Position numbers and translations under genes: made by a program. From Gammaproteobacteria bacterium (GTDB lineage Bacteria; Pseudomonadota; Gammaproteobacteria; UBA4575), in contig OZ242174.1 in NCBI GenBank assembly GCA_965205685.1, forward strand, positions 214,562-278,561: a stretch of 64,000 nucleotides of DNA, given 5' to 3'. Below, in pieces: positions 42,853-52,403 of this stretch. The notes below the pieces were generated by a model. That model was given only the letters and a program-made list of their open reading frames with translations. It was not told where the DNA came from and did not search any database. The stretch's first letter is position 1. Each line of letters starts with the position of its first letter.

Positions 42853-42878
42853 TCTGATACCAAAGCCTTGTGTGTGTC

Positions 42879-43004
42879 CCGCTTCAAAGTTATCCAACCT
42901 ATATCCGCAAAAGCGGGGCAGATCGCGAGAAGGTCGAAGGGGCGATTAAGCTCAAAGACGTCGAGCTTTGGGCCATCAGCCTGAACCTCAAGTATCTGTT
43001 CTAG
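42879..43004 (+). repeat. direct repeat, copy 2 (orphan OMP 3' fragment)
   Basis: Encodes PLQSYPTYIRKSGADREKVEGAIKLKDVELWAISLNLKYLF*; followed by hairpin CCCGTTCAGGCGGG. Confidence 0.92.
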
Positions 43005-43047
43005 GCACCCGTTCAGGCGGGCTGTGATTGTCCGGCTGTCCCGTTAC

Positions 43048-43071
43048 TCTATATAATAAAAATTATATAGA
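43048..43071. promoter_or_regulatory. inverted repeat, putative AbrB-Doc operator
   Basis: TCTATATAAT-AAAA-ATTATATAGA perfect 10-bp inverted repeat just upstream of the RBS. Confidence 0.65.
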
Positions 43072-43084
43072 AGGGGGAAATAGC

Positions 43085-43312
43085 ATGCTTTCATTCAAGG
43101 TGACCACCGTAGGCGCATCCTCCGGCATCATTCTCACCAAAGAGGCCATGGCCCGCCTGAGGGTCAAGAAAGGGGACACGCTCTATCTGACGGAGACTCC
43201 GGACGGAGGCTACCGGCTGACCCCCTATTCTCCGGAGTTTGCCCGCCAAATGGCACTCGCCGAGGAGATCATGCACGATGATCGCGAGGTGCTGCGAGCC
43301 CTTGCTAAATGA
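43085..43312 (+). CDS. AbrB/MazE-type antitoxin
   Basis: KVTTVGASSGIILTKE, GDTLYL, LTPY, LRALAK. Confidence 0.88.
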   Translation: MLSFKVTTVGASSGIILTKEAMARLRVKKGDTLYLTETPDGGYRLTPYSPEFARQMALAEEIMHDDREVLRALAK

Positions 43313-43713
43313 CGAGCGGGCCTCCGGGTTCCTGGCACTGGGTATCGTTACACATCGTTCTGGTGATTCATGAGCGCCAAATCACAGAGCATGGTGGGGC
43401 AGACGGCATCCGTGATCAGGGAGCCATCGAATCCACCTTGGCACGAAAGGTACACCGTGCAGCCTACGGTGCTCCCGACGCGTCCGAACTGGCGGCAGCC
43501 TATCTCTTTGGTCTCGCCCGTAACCATGGATTCATAGACGGTAACAAGTGTACTGCCTGGGTGGTTTCGCGCCTGTTTCTTGCGGACCATGGATACTCTC
43601 TCGAATTTGACCCCATGGACGCAGTTCAGTTGGTGGAAAACGTGGCAGGCGGGCAAGTGAGCGAGTCCGAGCTCGCCGAGTGGTTCAGGGAACGGCTATC
43701 CGATCAGGCATAG
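43309..43713 (+). CDS. doc: Doc (death-on-curing) Fic-family toxin
   Basis: HGGADGIRD, NHGFIDGNKCTA (Fic motif with R replaced by C). Confidence 0.85.
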   Translation: MTSGPPGSWHWVSLHIVLVIHERQITEHGGADGIRDQGAIESTLARKVHRAAYGAPDASELAAAYLFGLARNHGFIDGNKCTAWVVSRLFLADHGYSLEFDPMDAVQLVENVAGGQVSESELAEWFRERLSDQA

Positions 43714-43901
43714 GCCGCCTACAGGAATCAAATCAAGGCCTCGTGAGAATCATTGCAGGTCGAATCCCCCCCCATTTAATAGGCTACTCCCTTGTCGAAC
43801 ATTGTAGTAGGGTTGCCGTCTTCTGCTTATCTACAGCCAGTGTGAACTGCTGAACGTTCTAGCGGGCCGACGTCACATGGGCCAAGCAACAGGGAGAGAC
43901 T

Positions 43902-44702
43902 GTGAGGGACCACATTGCCGTCACGCTGATGGCTATCCTGCTCACCGCCTGTGGCAGCGGAGGAGGTGGCAGCAGTCAGGACGGCGCCTTGCCCGAGATG
44001 GTAGGGGATGAGGTGGTATCTGGGGTGCAACTGACTACGCCCACGAGCACCCAGATCACAAACACCCCGGCCCAACAGTCGACGACCTCGACGCAACCGA
44101 TCTCGCCCACGAGCTACGGCAGGTGGGCGAACTTCAACCAGGGGCATTACCGGGTCGAGGAGACCATGTGGGATGAAAACAGTTCGACCTGGGTGGTTCA
44201 TGGCACACCCAGCGGCTCTGTCGACAATCTTCCGCAGGGCGCGGATGGCGAAAAGTTCGAATACACGGGACCCGTCTGGGGCCGCATTTACGAAGGCTCG
44301 CTCGATCACAACGGGGCCTGGGAACCCAACGATGGCGACCAGGTGTACGGGAGCATGCGGGCCCTTTACCAGACGCGCAATCGCCATGTCTCCAATGATG
44401 ACTACCTGACCATCAATTTCTTGAATATGTACAAGGTGTTGCCCGGTGGCGGGATCGTCGGCACGCGGTACATGGCTTTTGCAGGCGATGTCGGCACGGA
44501 CCATAATGCTCCGGACTATGATCCCGCCCTCGATGTCGCAACCTTCAGGCTGCCGGTAAGCCAGTACGAGGTCAGTCCGGGGAGAGAACAGGGTGAGGCG
44601 GTGGGCAGCTTCTACGGTCCCAACGGAGAGGCGATCGCGGGCACCTTCTGGTATCGCCGCGGCGGCAACCGGATTGATGGAGCGTTCGGCGGGAAAAGAT
44701 AG
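43902..44702 (+). CDS. surface lipoprotein with TbpB-like C-terminal barrel
   Basis: Lipobox LTAC + GSGGGG linker; GSFYGPNGEAIAGTF...GAFGGKR. Confidence 0.75.
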   Translation: MRDHIAVTLMAILLTACGSGGGGSSQDGALPEMVGDEVVSGVQLTTPTSTQITNTPAQQSTTSTQPISPTSYGRWANFNQGHYRVEETMWDENSSTWVVHGTPSGSVDNLPQGADGEKFEYTGPVWGRIYEGSLDHNGAWEPNDGDQVYGSMRALYQTRNRHVSNDDYLTINFLNMYKVLPGGGIVGTRYMAFAGDVGTDHNAPDYDPALDVATFRLPVSQYEVSPGREQGEAVGSFYGPNGEAIAGTFWYRRGGNRIDGAFGGKR

Positions 44703-44951
44703 GCACTGCAGGTTGCCTTGCGACTGCGTATCCGGCATGCACATCCGCCGTTCAACCATTTCAGGTTCTCCGATCCTGCAGGCAGGCACTTCCTGGTACG
44801 GAGCATAAGTTCCGACAAGACCGCCCCTTCGGTGCGTGTTGCCCCTGGAAATTATTTGCTAGACTGAATCCCGCCGAGGTCCTGGCCGAACCACGTGCAG
44901 GGCTGCGGCAGACACCATGCGCACGGACTCGTACAAGACGGCTTGAATCCC

Positions 44952-45488
44952 ATGGCAATACTGGACATCCTGCATTTTCCCGACCCGAGGCTGCGCCGAA
45001 AGGCCCGGCCCGTGGAGGTCGTGGACGATGCCCTGAGAAAGACCGTGGAAGACATGTTCGAGACCATGTATGACGCCCCGGGGATCGGGCTTGCCGCCAC
45101 CCAGGTCAATATTCTGCAGCAAGTGGCCGTCATCGACGTCTCGGAAGACAAGAATGAGCCCCGCTGCCTGATCAACCCGAACATCATCGAGCGCGAAGGT
45201 GAAGAGGAGATGCGCGAGGGCTGCCTGTCGGTGCCCGAGATATTTGCGCATGTGAAGCGTGCGCAGAAAGTCACGGTTGAGGCACTGGATCTTGAGGGCA
45301 AGCCCATGACCCTGGAAGCGGAGGGCCTGCTGGCCGTGTGCATCCAGCACGAGATCGATCACCTGCAGGGCAGGCTTTTCATCGACTACCTGTCTCCGCT
45401 CAAGCGCGACCGCCTGAAAAAGAAGCTGCTCAAGGTCCAGAAGACTGCACAAACCGAACCAAGCGGAGCCCGCGCACCTTCCCTGTGA
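44952..45488 (+). CDS. def: peptide deformylase
   Basis: [20 protein letters not shown]. Confidence 0.97.
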   Translation: MAILDILHFPDPRLRRKARPVEVVDDALRKTVEDMFETMYDAPGIGLAATQVNILQQVAVIDVSEDKNEPRCLINPNIIEREGEEEMREGCLSVPEIFAHVKRAQKVTVEALDLEGKPMTLEAEGLLAVCIQHEIDHLQGRLFIDYLSPLKRDRLKKKLLKVQKTAQTEPSGARAPSL

Positions 45489-45526
45489 TCGCCCGATCAA
45501 TCCGCATCGCGTGAGCACAGTGACCC

Positions 45527-46484
45527 GTGTCCACCTCCCTTGACATCGTATTTGCGGGCACCCCGCAGTTTGCCGCCACTCTCCTGCAGGCCCTGCTTTC
45601 GCAGAAGTACCGCATCGCAGCGGTCTACACCCAGCCGGATCGCCAAGCGGGGCGCGGGCGCAAGCTGCGTGCAAGCCCGGTCAAGCAGCTTGCAACCGAC
45701 GCAGGCCTTGCAGTGCGCCAGCCCGAGGGTTTCGATGAACGCGAATGTGCGTATCTTTCAGCATTGTCGGCAGATGTGATGCTGGTGTGTGCGTACGGCC
45801 TGCTGCTGCCACGGGAGGCCCTGGATCTGCCGAGACTCGGCTGCATCAACATTCACACCTCGCTGTTGCCGCGCTGGCGTGGTGCCGCACCGATCCAGCG
45901 GGCTCTGCTGGCAGGGGATGAGGAGACCGGCATTTCTTTCATGCAAATGGTCGAAGCCCTGGATGCAGGACCCGTCCTGCACCAGGCACGATGCGAGATC
46001 AAGCCAGGGGACTCGACCGCCCTGCTGCGTGAGCGATTAGTGCAGCTGGCCAGTGGCGAGATGACAGCGGTGCTGAGTGGTCTGGCTGAAGGTCGTATTG
46101 AGGCCAGGGAACAGGATTCAAGCGAGGTCTCCTATGCCCCCAAGGTTGCCAAGGACGAGGCACTGATTGACTGGCATAAACCTGTCTGTACAGATCGTGC
46201 GCAAGGTTTGGGCTTTCAATGACTGGCCTGTGGCTTACACCTTCATGGGAGAGGAGCGGTTGAGAATCTGGGAAGCGCATAGCCTGGACCGCCAGACAGA
46301 TGCGGTGCCCGGGACGGTGCTTGAGGCCAGAGAGGGGATTGAGGTGCGGATACCCGCCACGGGTGATGACATATTGGCGCTGGATTCTGTGCAGTTGCCG
46401 GGCAAAAAGCGGATACCCGTGCATGAGTTTATCAATGCCCATGACCTGCGGGGATTTTGCTTCAATTCAAAGGAGAAGGCATAA
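45527..46484 (+). pseudogene. fmt: methionyl-tRNA formyltransferase, frameshifted
   Basis: FAGTP, TQPDR, NIHTSLLPRWRGAAP, LDAG; one-base insertion near 46185 moves the C-domain into ORF 46167-46484. Confidence 0.85.
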
Positions 46485-46860
46485 AAGCTTCTCAGGGATC
46501 GTGGAAAACGCGAATATTTACCTATAGTCCTTATAAGCAATTTGTATGGCAGACCACCAGACCGGACGCTTATGCAAGGCTGCCTTTAATATGAAGGGAA
46601 TTTGCGCCTATATTGAAGCCTAGATTCAATATACGGGGTTGCAGTCTCCGGGAGTACAAGATATGGCCATTGTGGGAAGACGATCTGCATGTCTACAGGT
46701 GTTTTCTGGGCCACTATGTGTGCCTGCAGGAAGGGTGGGCTTGAGGTGCTCGGAACACAAATTGCGGCCTGTATAAAACCCTTGCCGACCATTATGACTT
46801 GCCCTATGCTGCCCGCCTGCATACCGACTGTCCACAAGTTGGGATAGACGAGGCATTGCT

Positions 46861-48228
46861 ATGAAGATAATCATACTGGGAGCCGGTCAGGTCGGCTCCT
46901 CCCTGGCCATCAGCCTGGCCAACGAAGGCCACGACATTACCCTGGTGGATGCGGATCCGCTGATCCTGCAGGACATCCAGGGCCGCGCCGATCTTCGTAC
47001 CGTGGTCGGCAAGGCCTCGCACCCGACCCTGCTGGAGGAAGCCGGGGCCCGGGATGCCGACATGATCATCGCCCTCACGCGAAGCGATGAGACCAACATG
47101 GTGGCCTGCCAGGTCGCCTACACGCTGTTTCACACGCCCACCAAGATCGCGCGTATCCGCGCCCTCGAATACTTCTCCCACGACAACCTGTTCGTGCAGG
47201 AGGCCCTGCCGGTGGATGTGCTGATCAGTCCCGAATACCTGATCTCGCAGTACATCCAGCGCCTCATCGAACACCCCGACTCGCTGCAGGTGCTGGACTT
47301 TGCCGACGGGCGCATCAAGCTGCTCGCGCTTCGTGCCAGCAAGCGCATGATCGGGCGAAGGCTCGGCAATATCTGGGAGCTGATGCCGGAGACCGAGGCC
47401 AAGGTGGTGGCCGTATACCGCAACAACCGCTCCATCCCCATCAATGACCTGACCATCATCCTGGAGAACGACGAGGTGTTCTTCCTGGCCTCCTCGGACA
47501 ATGCCATGGCCATGACCGGCCAGTGGCGCGGTGATGACCATCCCTACAAGCGCATCCTGCTCGCAGGTGGCGGCAACATCGGCTACCACCTTGCGAAGTC
47601 CATGGAGGATGACTACCAGATCAAGATCATCGACCGAAACACCAAGCGCACCAAGTTCCTGTCCGAATCGCTCAACAAGACCATCGTTTTGCAAGGCGAT
47701 GCGGCCGACCAGGACATGCTTCGCGAGGAGAACATCGAGGACATCGATGTCTTCTGTGCGCTCACCAATGACGACGAGGCCAACATCCTGTCCTCCATGC
47801 TGGCCAAGCGCCTAGGAGCCAACAAGGTCATGTCGCTGATCAACCGACCGAGCTACGTGGAGCTGGTGGAAAGCGGTATCGTCGACATCGCGATCTCGCC
47901 GCGCCAGGTCACGCTCGGCACCCTGCTCGCACACATCCGGAAAGGCGATGTGGTGGCGGTGCACTCGCTCAGGCGCGGTGCAGCCGAGGCTCTGGAGGCA
48001 GTCGCCCACGGGGACCGCAAGACCTCCAAGGTGGTCGGTCGCAGCATCGGGGAGATCAAGCTGCCCAAGGGTGCGACCATCGGCGCCATTGCCCGGGGCG
48101 ACCTGGTGGTCATCGCGGAGCCGGACATCATCATCGAGCCGGAGGACCACGTCATCCTGTTCCTGGCCGACAAGGGCGGGGTGCGCGAGATCGAGCGCCT
48201 CTTCCAGGTCAGCGCCACGTTCATCTAG
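46861..48228 (+). CDS. trkA: Trk K+ uptake NAD-binding subunit
   Basis: ILGAGQVG, DETN, GGGNIG, RRGAAEALE. Confidence 0.97.
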   Translation: MKIIILGAGQVGSSLAISLANEGHDITLVDADPLILQDIQGRADLRTVVGKASHPTLLEEAGARDADMIIALTRSDETNMVACQVAYTLFHTPTKIARIRALEYFSHDNLFVQEALPVDVLISPEYLISQYIQRLIEHPDSLQVLDFADGRIKLLALRASKRMIGRRLGNIWELMPETEAKVVAVYRNNRSIPINDLTIILENDEVFFLASSDNAMAMTGQWRGDDHPYKRILLAGGGNIGYHLAKSMEDDYQIKIIDRNTKRTKFLSESLNKTIVLQGDAADQDMLREENIEDIDVFCALTNDDEANILSSMLAKRLGANKVMSLINRPSYVELVESGIVDIAISPRQVTLGTLLAHIRKGDVVAVHSLRRGAAEALEAVAHGDRKTSKVVGRSIGEIKLPKGATIGAIARGDLVVIAEPDIIIEPEDHVILFLADKGGVREIERLFQVSATFI

Positions 48229-48267
48229 GCGCGGGTCAAACAGCCTGTAATCCGGAGTTTCCCCGAC

Positions 48268-49719
48268 ATGCAAAGAGAGGTCATCCAGCGCATCCTCGGC
48301 CTGCTGCTGGCCGCCTTCAGCCTCACCATGCTGGCGCCGGTGATGTTCAGCTTCCTGTACGAGAACGAGGTGATGTGGCCCTACATTGTCTCGACGCTGA
48401 TCACGTTCGCCGCGGCCGTCGCCCTGTGGTACCCGGTGCGCGATGTTCACGATCAACTCCGCCTTCGCGAGGGGTTCTTGATCGTGGTGCTGTTCTGGAC
48501 GGTGCTCGGCATCTTCGGGGCCCTGCCGTTCCTGCTCTCGCCATCGCTCAGCCTCGGGCTGACAGATGCGGTGTTTGAATCCATCTCCGGGCTGACCACC
48601 ACCGGTGCGACCGTCATCACCGGTCTCGATGCCCTGCCCAAATCCATCCTGTTCTACCGCCAGAGCCTGCAGTGGCTGGGCGGCATGGGCATCATCGTGC
48701 TGGCGGTGGCCATCCTGCCCTTGCTCGGTGTCGGCGGTATGCAACTCTACCGTGCCGAGACCCCGGGACCGGTGAAGGACAACCGCCTCACGCCACGCAT
48801 CAAGGAGACCGCCAAGGCGCTGTGGTACATCTACCTGCTGCTGACTGCAGCCTGTGCCTTCGCCTACTGGCTCGCCGGCATGAGTGGCTTCGATGCCATC
48901 TCGCACAGCTTCTCGACGGTGGCCATCGGCGGCTTCTCCACCCACGATGCGAGCATCGGCTACTTTGACAGTGGTGCGATCGAGGCGATCGCGATCCTGT
49001 TCATGCTCCTTGCGGGCGCCAACTTCGGGCTGCACTTCATCACTTGGAAGTCGGCAAGCCTTCGCCACTACCTGCAGGATGCGGAGTTCAAGACCTATCT
49101 TTTTGTGTTGCTCGCCGTGACCGGGATTGCGGTCGTGACGCTTCAGGTCAGCGCGGTTTACCCGGGCCTGGGGGAAACCTTCGGCCAGGCCATCTTCCAT
49201 GCGGTATCGATCGGCACGACCACGGGCTTTACCACATCAGAGTTTCACCAGTGGCCAGGCTCGCTGCCGTTGCTGCTGCTTTTCGTGAGCTTCATCGGCG
49301 GCTGTGCGGGATCCACCGGCGGCGGCATGAAGGTGATCCGCGTGCTGCTGCTGGTGAAGCAGGGATTGCGCGAGCTTTTGAGACTGGTGCACCCGAGTGC
49401 CCAGATTGCCGTCAAGATTGGCGAGAAACCCGTGGACTCGCGCGTGGTGGAAGCGGTATGGGGATTTTTCTCGGCCTACATCGCAGTGTTCGTAGTCATG
49501 TTGCTGTTGCTGATGGCCGCGGGCCTCGATGAGGTCACCTCCTTCTCTGCGGTGGCGGCCACGCTCAACAACCTGGGTCCGGGTCTCGGTGAGGTCGGTG
49601 TCAACTACACCAGTGTCAACGGTTTCAGCAAGTGGGTGCTGTGTCTCGGTATGCTGTTGGGGCGCCTTGAGATCTTCACCCTGCTGGTGGTGCTGACTCC
49701 TGCTTTCTGGCGCAGGTAG
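48268..49719 (+). CDS. trkH: Trk K+ uptake membrane subunit
   Basis: FESISGLTTTG, WLGGMG, GGCAGSTGGGMK, MLLGRLE. Confidence 0.97.
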   Translation: MQREVIQRILGLLLAAFSLTMLAPVMFSFLYENEVMWPYIVSTLITFAAAVALWYPVRDVHDQLRLREGFLIVVLFWTVLGIFGALPFLLSPSLSLGLTDAVFESISGLTTTGATVITGLDALPKSILFYRQSLQWLGGMGIIVLAVAILPLLGVGGMQLYRAETPGPVKDNRLTPRIKETAKALWYIYLLLTAACAFAYWLAGMSGFDAISHSFSTVAIGGFSTHDASIGYFDSGAIEAIAILFMLLAGANFGLHFITWKSASLRHYLQDAEFKTYLFVLLAVTGIAVVTLQVSAVYPGLGETFGQAIFHAVSIGTTTGFTTSEFHQWPGSLPLLLLFVSFIGGCAGSTGGGMKVIRVLLLVKQGLRELLRLVHPSAQIAVKIGEKPVDSRVVEAVWGFFSAYIAVFVVMLLLLMAAGLDEVTSFSAVAATLNNLGPGLGEVGVNYTSVNGFSKWVLCLGMLLGRLEIFTLLVVLTPAFWRR

Positions 49720-49731
49720 GACACACGAATA

Positions 49732-50325
49732 GTGGATCAGGCTGCACAGGACAAGTGGGATCGAAAGCATGCTGAAGCCTCTTCCGAGGCCCTGCGCCCT
49801 GCTGGAGTATTGACCGAATACGCCCACCTGTTGCCAAAATCGGGGGTGGCCTTGGACCTGGCCTGCGGCCGTAGGAGCAATGCCTTGTTTCTGGCGCAAA
49901 GGGGCCTGGAAGTGCATGCCTGGGATATCTCAGGGACCGCGATCAATGATCTGCAGCGTCGGGCCGAAGCCGAGCATCTAGAGATCCAAACCTCCATACG
50001 GGATGTGAGCAAGAGCCCACCTTCTTCAAATGTGTTCGATGTGATCTGTGTAAGCTTCTATCTGGAGCGAACCATCACGAGTCATATCATGGAAGCGCTC
50101 AAACCCCAGGGTCTCTTGTTCTACCAGACGTTCACTCATGAGAGGGTAACTGAGCAGGGACCGAATAATCCGTCCTACCGGCTCGCACCCAATGAATTAC
50201 TGGAGCTCTTTGCACCCTTGCACGTGCTGGCCTACCGCGAGGAGGGCCGTACTGGGAATCTGCAGCAAGGGCTTCGTGATACCGCTTGGCTTGTGGGCCA
50301 AAGGCGCGAATCCGGGTCGGCATGA
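49732..50325 (+). CDS. class I SAM-dependent methyltransferase (TehB-like)
   Basis: ALDLACG, WDIS, LKPQGLLFYQTF; motif I reads CGRRSN. Confidence 0.8.
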   Translation: MDQAAQDKWDRKHAEASSEALRPAGVLTEYAHLLPKSGVALDLACGRRSNALFLAQRGLEVHAWDISGTAINDLQRRAEAEHLEIQTSIRDVSKSPPSSNVFDVICVSFYLERTITSHIMEALKPQGLLFYQTFTHERVTEQGPNNPSYRLAPNELLELFAPLHVLAYREEGRTGNLQQGLRDTAWLVGQRRESGSA

Positions 50326-50498
50326 CCCGCGTTGCTGGGCCTTCGATTGCTCGGGAACCACAGGCAGCGGTACAGGTCTTGAAAAACTGAGTGCTGCTGG
50401 CCTGTCTGGCCCTGCGAAAAAGCCCGGCCACTTGCGGCCCAGGTCAGTCAATAGAGGTTGACGTGCCTTAGCCTTGGGAGGCAAACAGGTGCCGGGGC

Positions 50499-51866
50499 TC
50501 AGAACTGGCGCACGAAACGGATCTCGCCGCTGGTGCTGTCGTAACCGTACACCTGCGAGTTGGTATTCTTTTCCTCGTGGGTTATTGCAAACTGAGGACT
50601 GAATCCGAACAGCGTGAAGGCACGGTTGTACACTGAGGCGCGATAAATCTTGGTACGGTCCTTGCGCGGTTCTCCGCTGGTGAAGGGAAACCAGTTGCCC
50701 TCGTAGCGGGTTCTCCTGAACTCGGTGCTGCCTCCCACGGTAAAGCCGCGTGGCAGGATTACCGACGCGCCGATACGGCCCCAGCGGGTATCATGGCGCC
50801 AGATTTCGGATTCCGTATGATCGTCGGCATAGCCTACGGCGGCTTCAAGGCGTACGGTGGGCATGAGTACCCAGGCACCCTTGACCGAGAGAGTGAGTGT
50901 CGAGCCATCCAGGTAGTCGAGCTTCCTGTACTCTCGGTCATGCCAGGAGGCCTGTCCGTTCAGCCAGATGCGCCGGGTCAGTCTGTGCTTGATCTCCGAG
51001 CGCACCCCGAAGTCAAAATAATAGGGCGAGGTAACGCGCCACTGCTGGCGTGAATCGATGAGCAGGCTGACGCTGGTGTTTGTGCCAAGAAACCACTGTG
51101 GACCGACATGTGCTCCCAGGAATGACAGGTCAAACTCCTTGCCAGGGTATTCTTCGCGCGCGAGGTCGCTGCCGAAGCGAAGGCGCAGGCGCTCGCCCAG
51201 GGGATACCAGTACCCTCCACCAGCCCATACGGAAATACCCACCCCAGATTTTTCCTCTTCAACCGTATCGCGGCGAAAGGGCAGGCCAAAAATGTTGATG
51301 ATTTCCGTCTCCGAGTTTCGGCCAATGTTGGTGCTGGGTTTCAGGGTGCTGCCGACGTACACCGACCAGCGCTTTCGGGCCCGGATCTCGTTGAGGAATC
51401 GCTGGACATTGCCCACTACGGGAGCGGGCGGATTTCCAGCAAGCACATACTCAAAATGCTGTCGTGCCAGGGAATCCTCTTCCTTGTAGAAAAATGCCCG
51501 GGCGAGCTCGAGTCGCACTCTCACAAGGCCAGGATGGTTGATCAAGATGGCATGCAGGGCGGCAATGGCTTCATCCAGCAGGGCTTCTCGCTCCTCCTTT
51601 GAGGCTTGCGCCAGGCGGGAACTCTCGATTGCAGCCAGGGCCAGCAGGAAGTGAATGTTGGTATGCCCGGGATGTTCCTTGGCCAAGGGGCGCAAGGTGG
51701 TCAGGGCTTCCTCGAATTGCCCGTTGTTGAGCAGTGCACGCGCCTCGCTTTCATCCGGAGTAGATGATGGCTGCGGATCTTCGTTACTGGCAAATACTGC
51801 GCCTGTAGCCAACAGGAACAGCAGGGTTACGAATGCAAGGGCCTTGTTTATCTGTATTTTTTTCAT
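50499..51866 (-). CDS. surface lipoprotein assembly modifier (Slam, DUF560; type XI secretion)
   Basis: Signal peptide, TPR-like N-terminus with RVRLELARAFF and ARQHFEYVL, C-terminal beta-barrel ending RQF. Confidence 0.8.
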   Translation of the reverse strand: MKKIQINKALAFVTLLFLLATGAVFASNEDPQPSSTPDESEARALLNNGQFEEALTTLRPLAKEHPGHTNIHFLLALAAIESSRLAQASKEEREALLDEAIAALHAILINHPGLVRVRLELARAFFYKEEDSLARQHFEYVLAGNPPAPVVGNVQRFLNEIRARKRWSVYVGSTLKPSTNIGRNSETEIINIFGLPFRRDTVEEEKSGVGISVWAGGGYWYPLGERLRLRFGSDLAREEYPGKEFDLSFLGAHVGPQWFLGTNTSVSLLIDSRQQWRVTSPYYFDFGVRSEIKHRLTRRIWLNGQASWHDREYRKLDYLDGSTLTLSVKGAWVLMPTVRLEAAVGYADDHTESEIWRHDTRWGRIGASVILPRGFTVGGSTEFRRTRYEGNWFPFTSGEPRKDRTKIYRASVYNRAFTLFGFSPQFAITHEEKNTNSQVYGYDSTSGEIRFVRQF

Positions 51867-52325
51867 GGGTTATGGGGCTAGTGTAATGAAGTTAGAGTGA
51901 CCAAGATTCACATCAGATCGTGTCCAGGCGCACTTCAACAAGCTGCCCTGTCTGCATGCTTAATGGTGTTCGTAGCATGCAATCGGATTCCTTCGACATT
52001 CAAGGAGCGAACTGTACAGCATTGGTCTTCTGTAAGCCACGCACCCGTGGGGAATCCGTTTGCAGGATGATACAGATAAAACGGGGTTTGGACAGAACTT
52101 ATTATGGGTGGAGTTCAGGTTTTCAGGTGATGAGAATGTCCAGGTATATAAATACCAGGCGCTTAGGGGCGGTGGAAAGCTACCTACCGTGTAGCCTGAT
52201 CAGAGGGTCCGGATCACCGCCCATTAGGAAATGCAAGAAGCCATTCAAATTTACTTTTGGGCATCCCCGTTTGTCTGCCTGATTTTGCAGGCCTTTCAGT
52301 TTCGGGCCCCAATTTTGTGATGGGC

Positions 52326-52356
52326 AAAAAAAGAGGGTGGCAGATCTGCCACCCTC
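52326..52356 (-). terminator. rho-independent terminator of the lipoprotein gene
   Basis: GAGGGTGGCAGATCTGCCACCCTC palindrome followed on the minus strand by U7. Confidence 0.85.
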
Positions 52357-52403
52357 GTCTGGAAGCTCGAGTAAGAAATCAGTCTATCTTCAAACGACTA
52401 TTC

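Larger units (their letters stand above)
38279..42878. mobile_element. AT-rich genomic island bounded by a duplicated OMP 3' end; no integrase seen
   Basis: Composition shift plus flanking 126-bp direct repeats. Confidence 0.7.

Noticed and set aside
46485-46860. AT-richer gap between fmt and trkA as an rsmB remnant or small gene
   Set aside because: Frames are interrupted and no RsmB motifs are recognisable.
49732-50325. Inactivation of the methyltransferase (CGRRSN instead of CGxGxN)
   Set aside because: A single substitution in a variable motif is too weak to call.
51867-52325. Small ORF (51920-52282) or sRNA between the lipoprotein and Slam genes
   Set aside because: Non-coding-like composition and no motif; probably the Slam promoter region.
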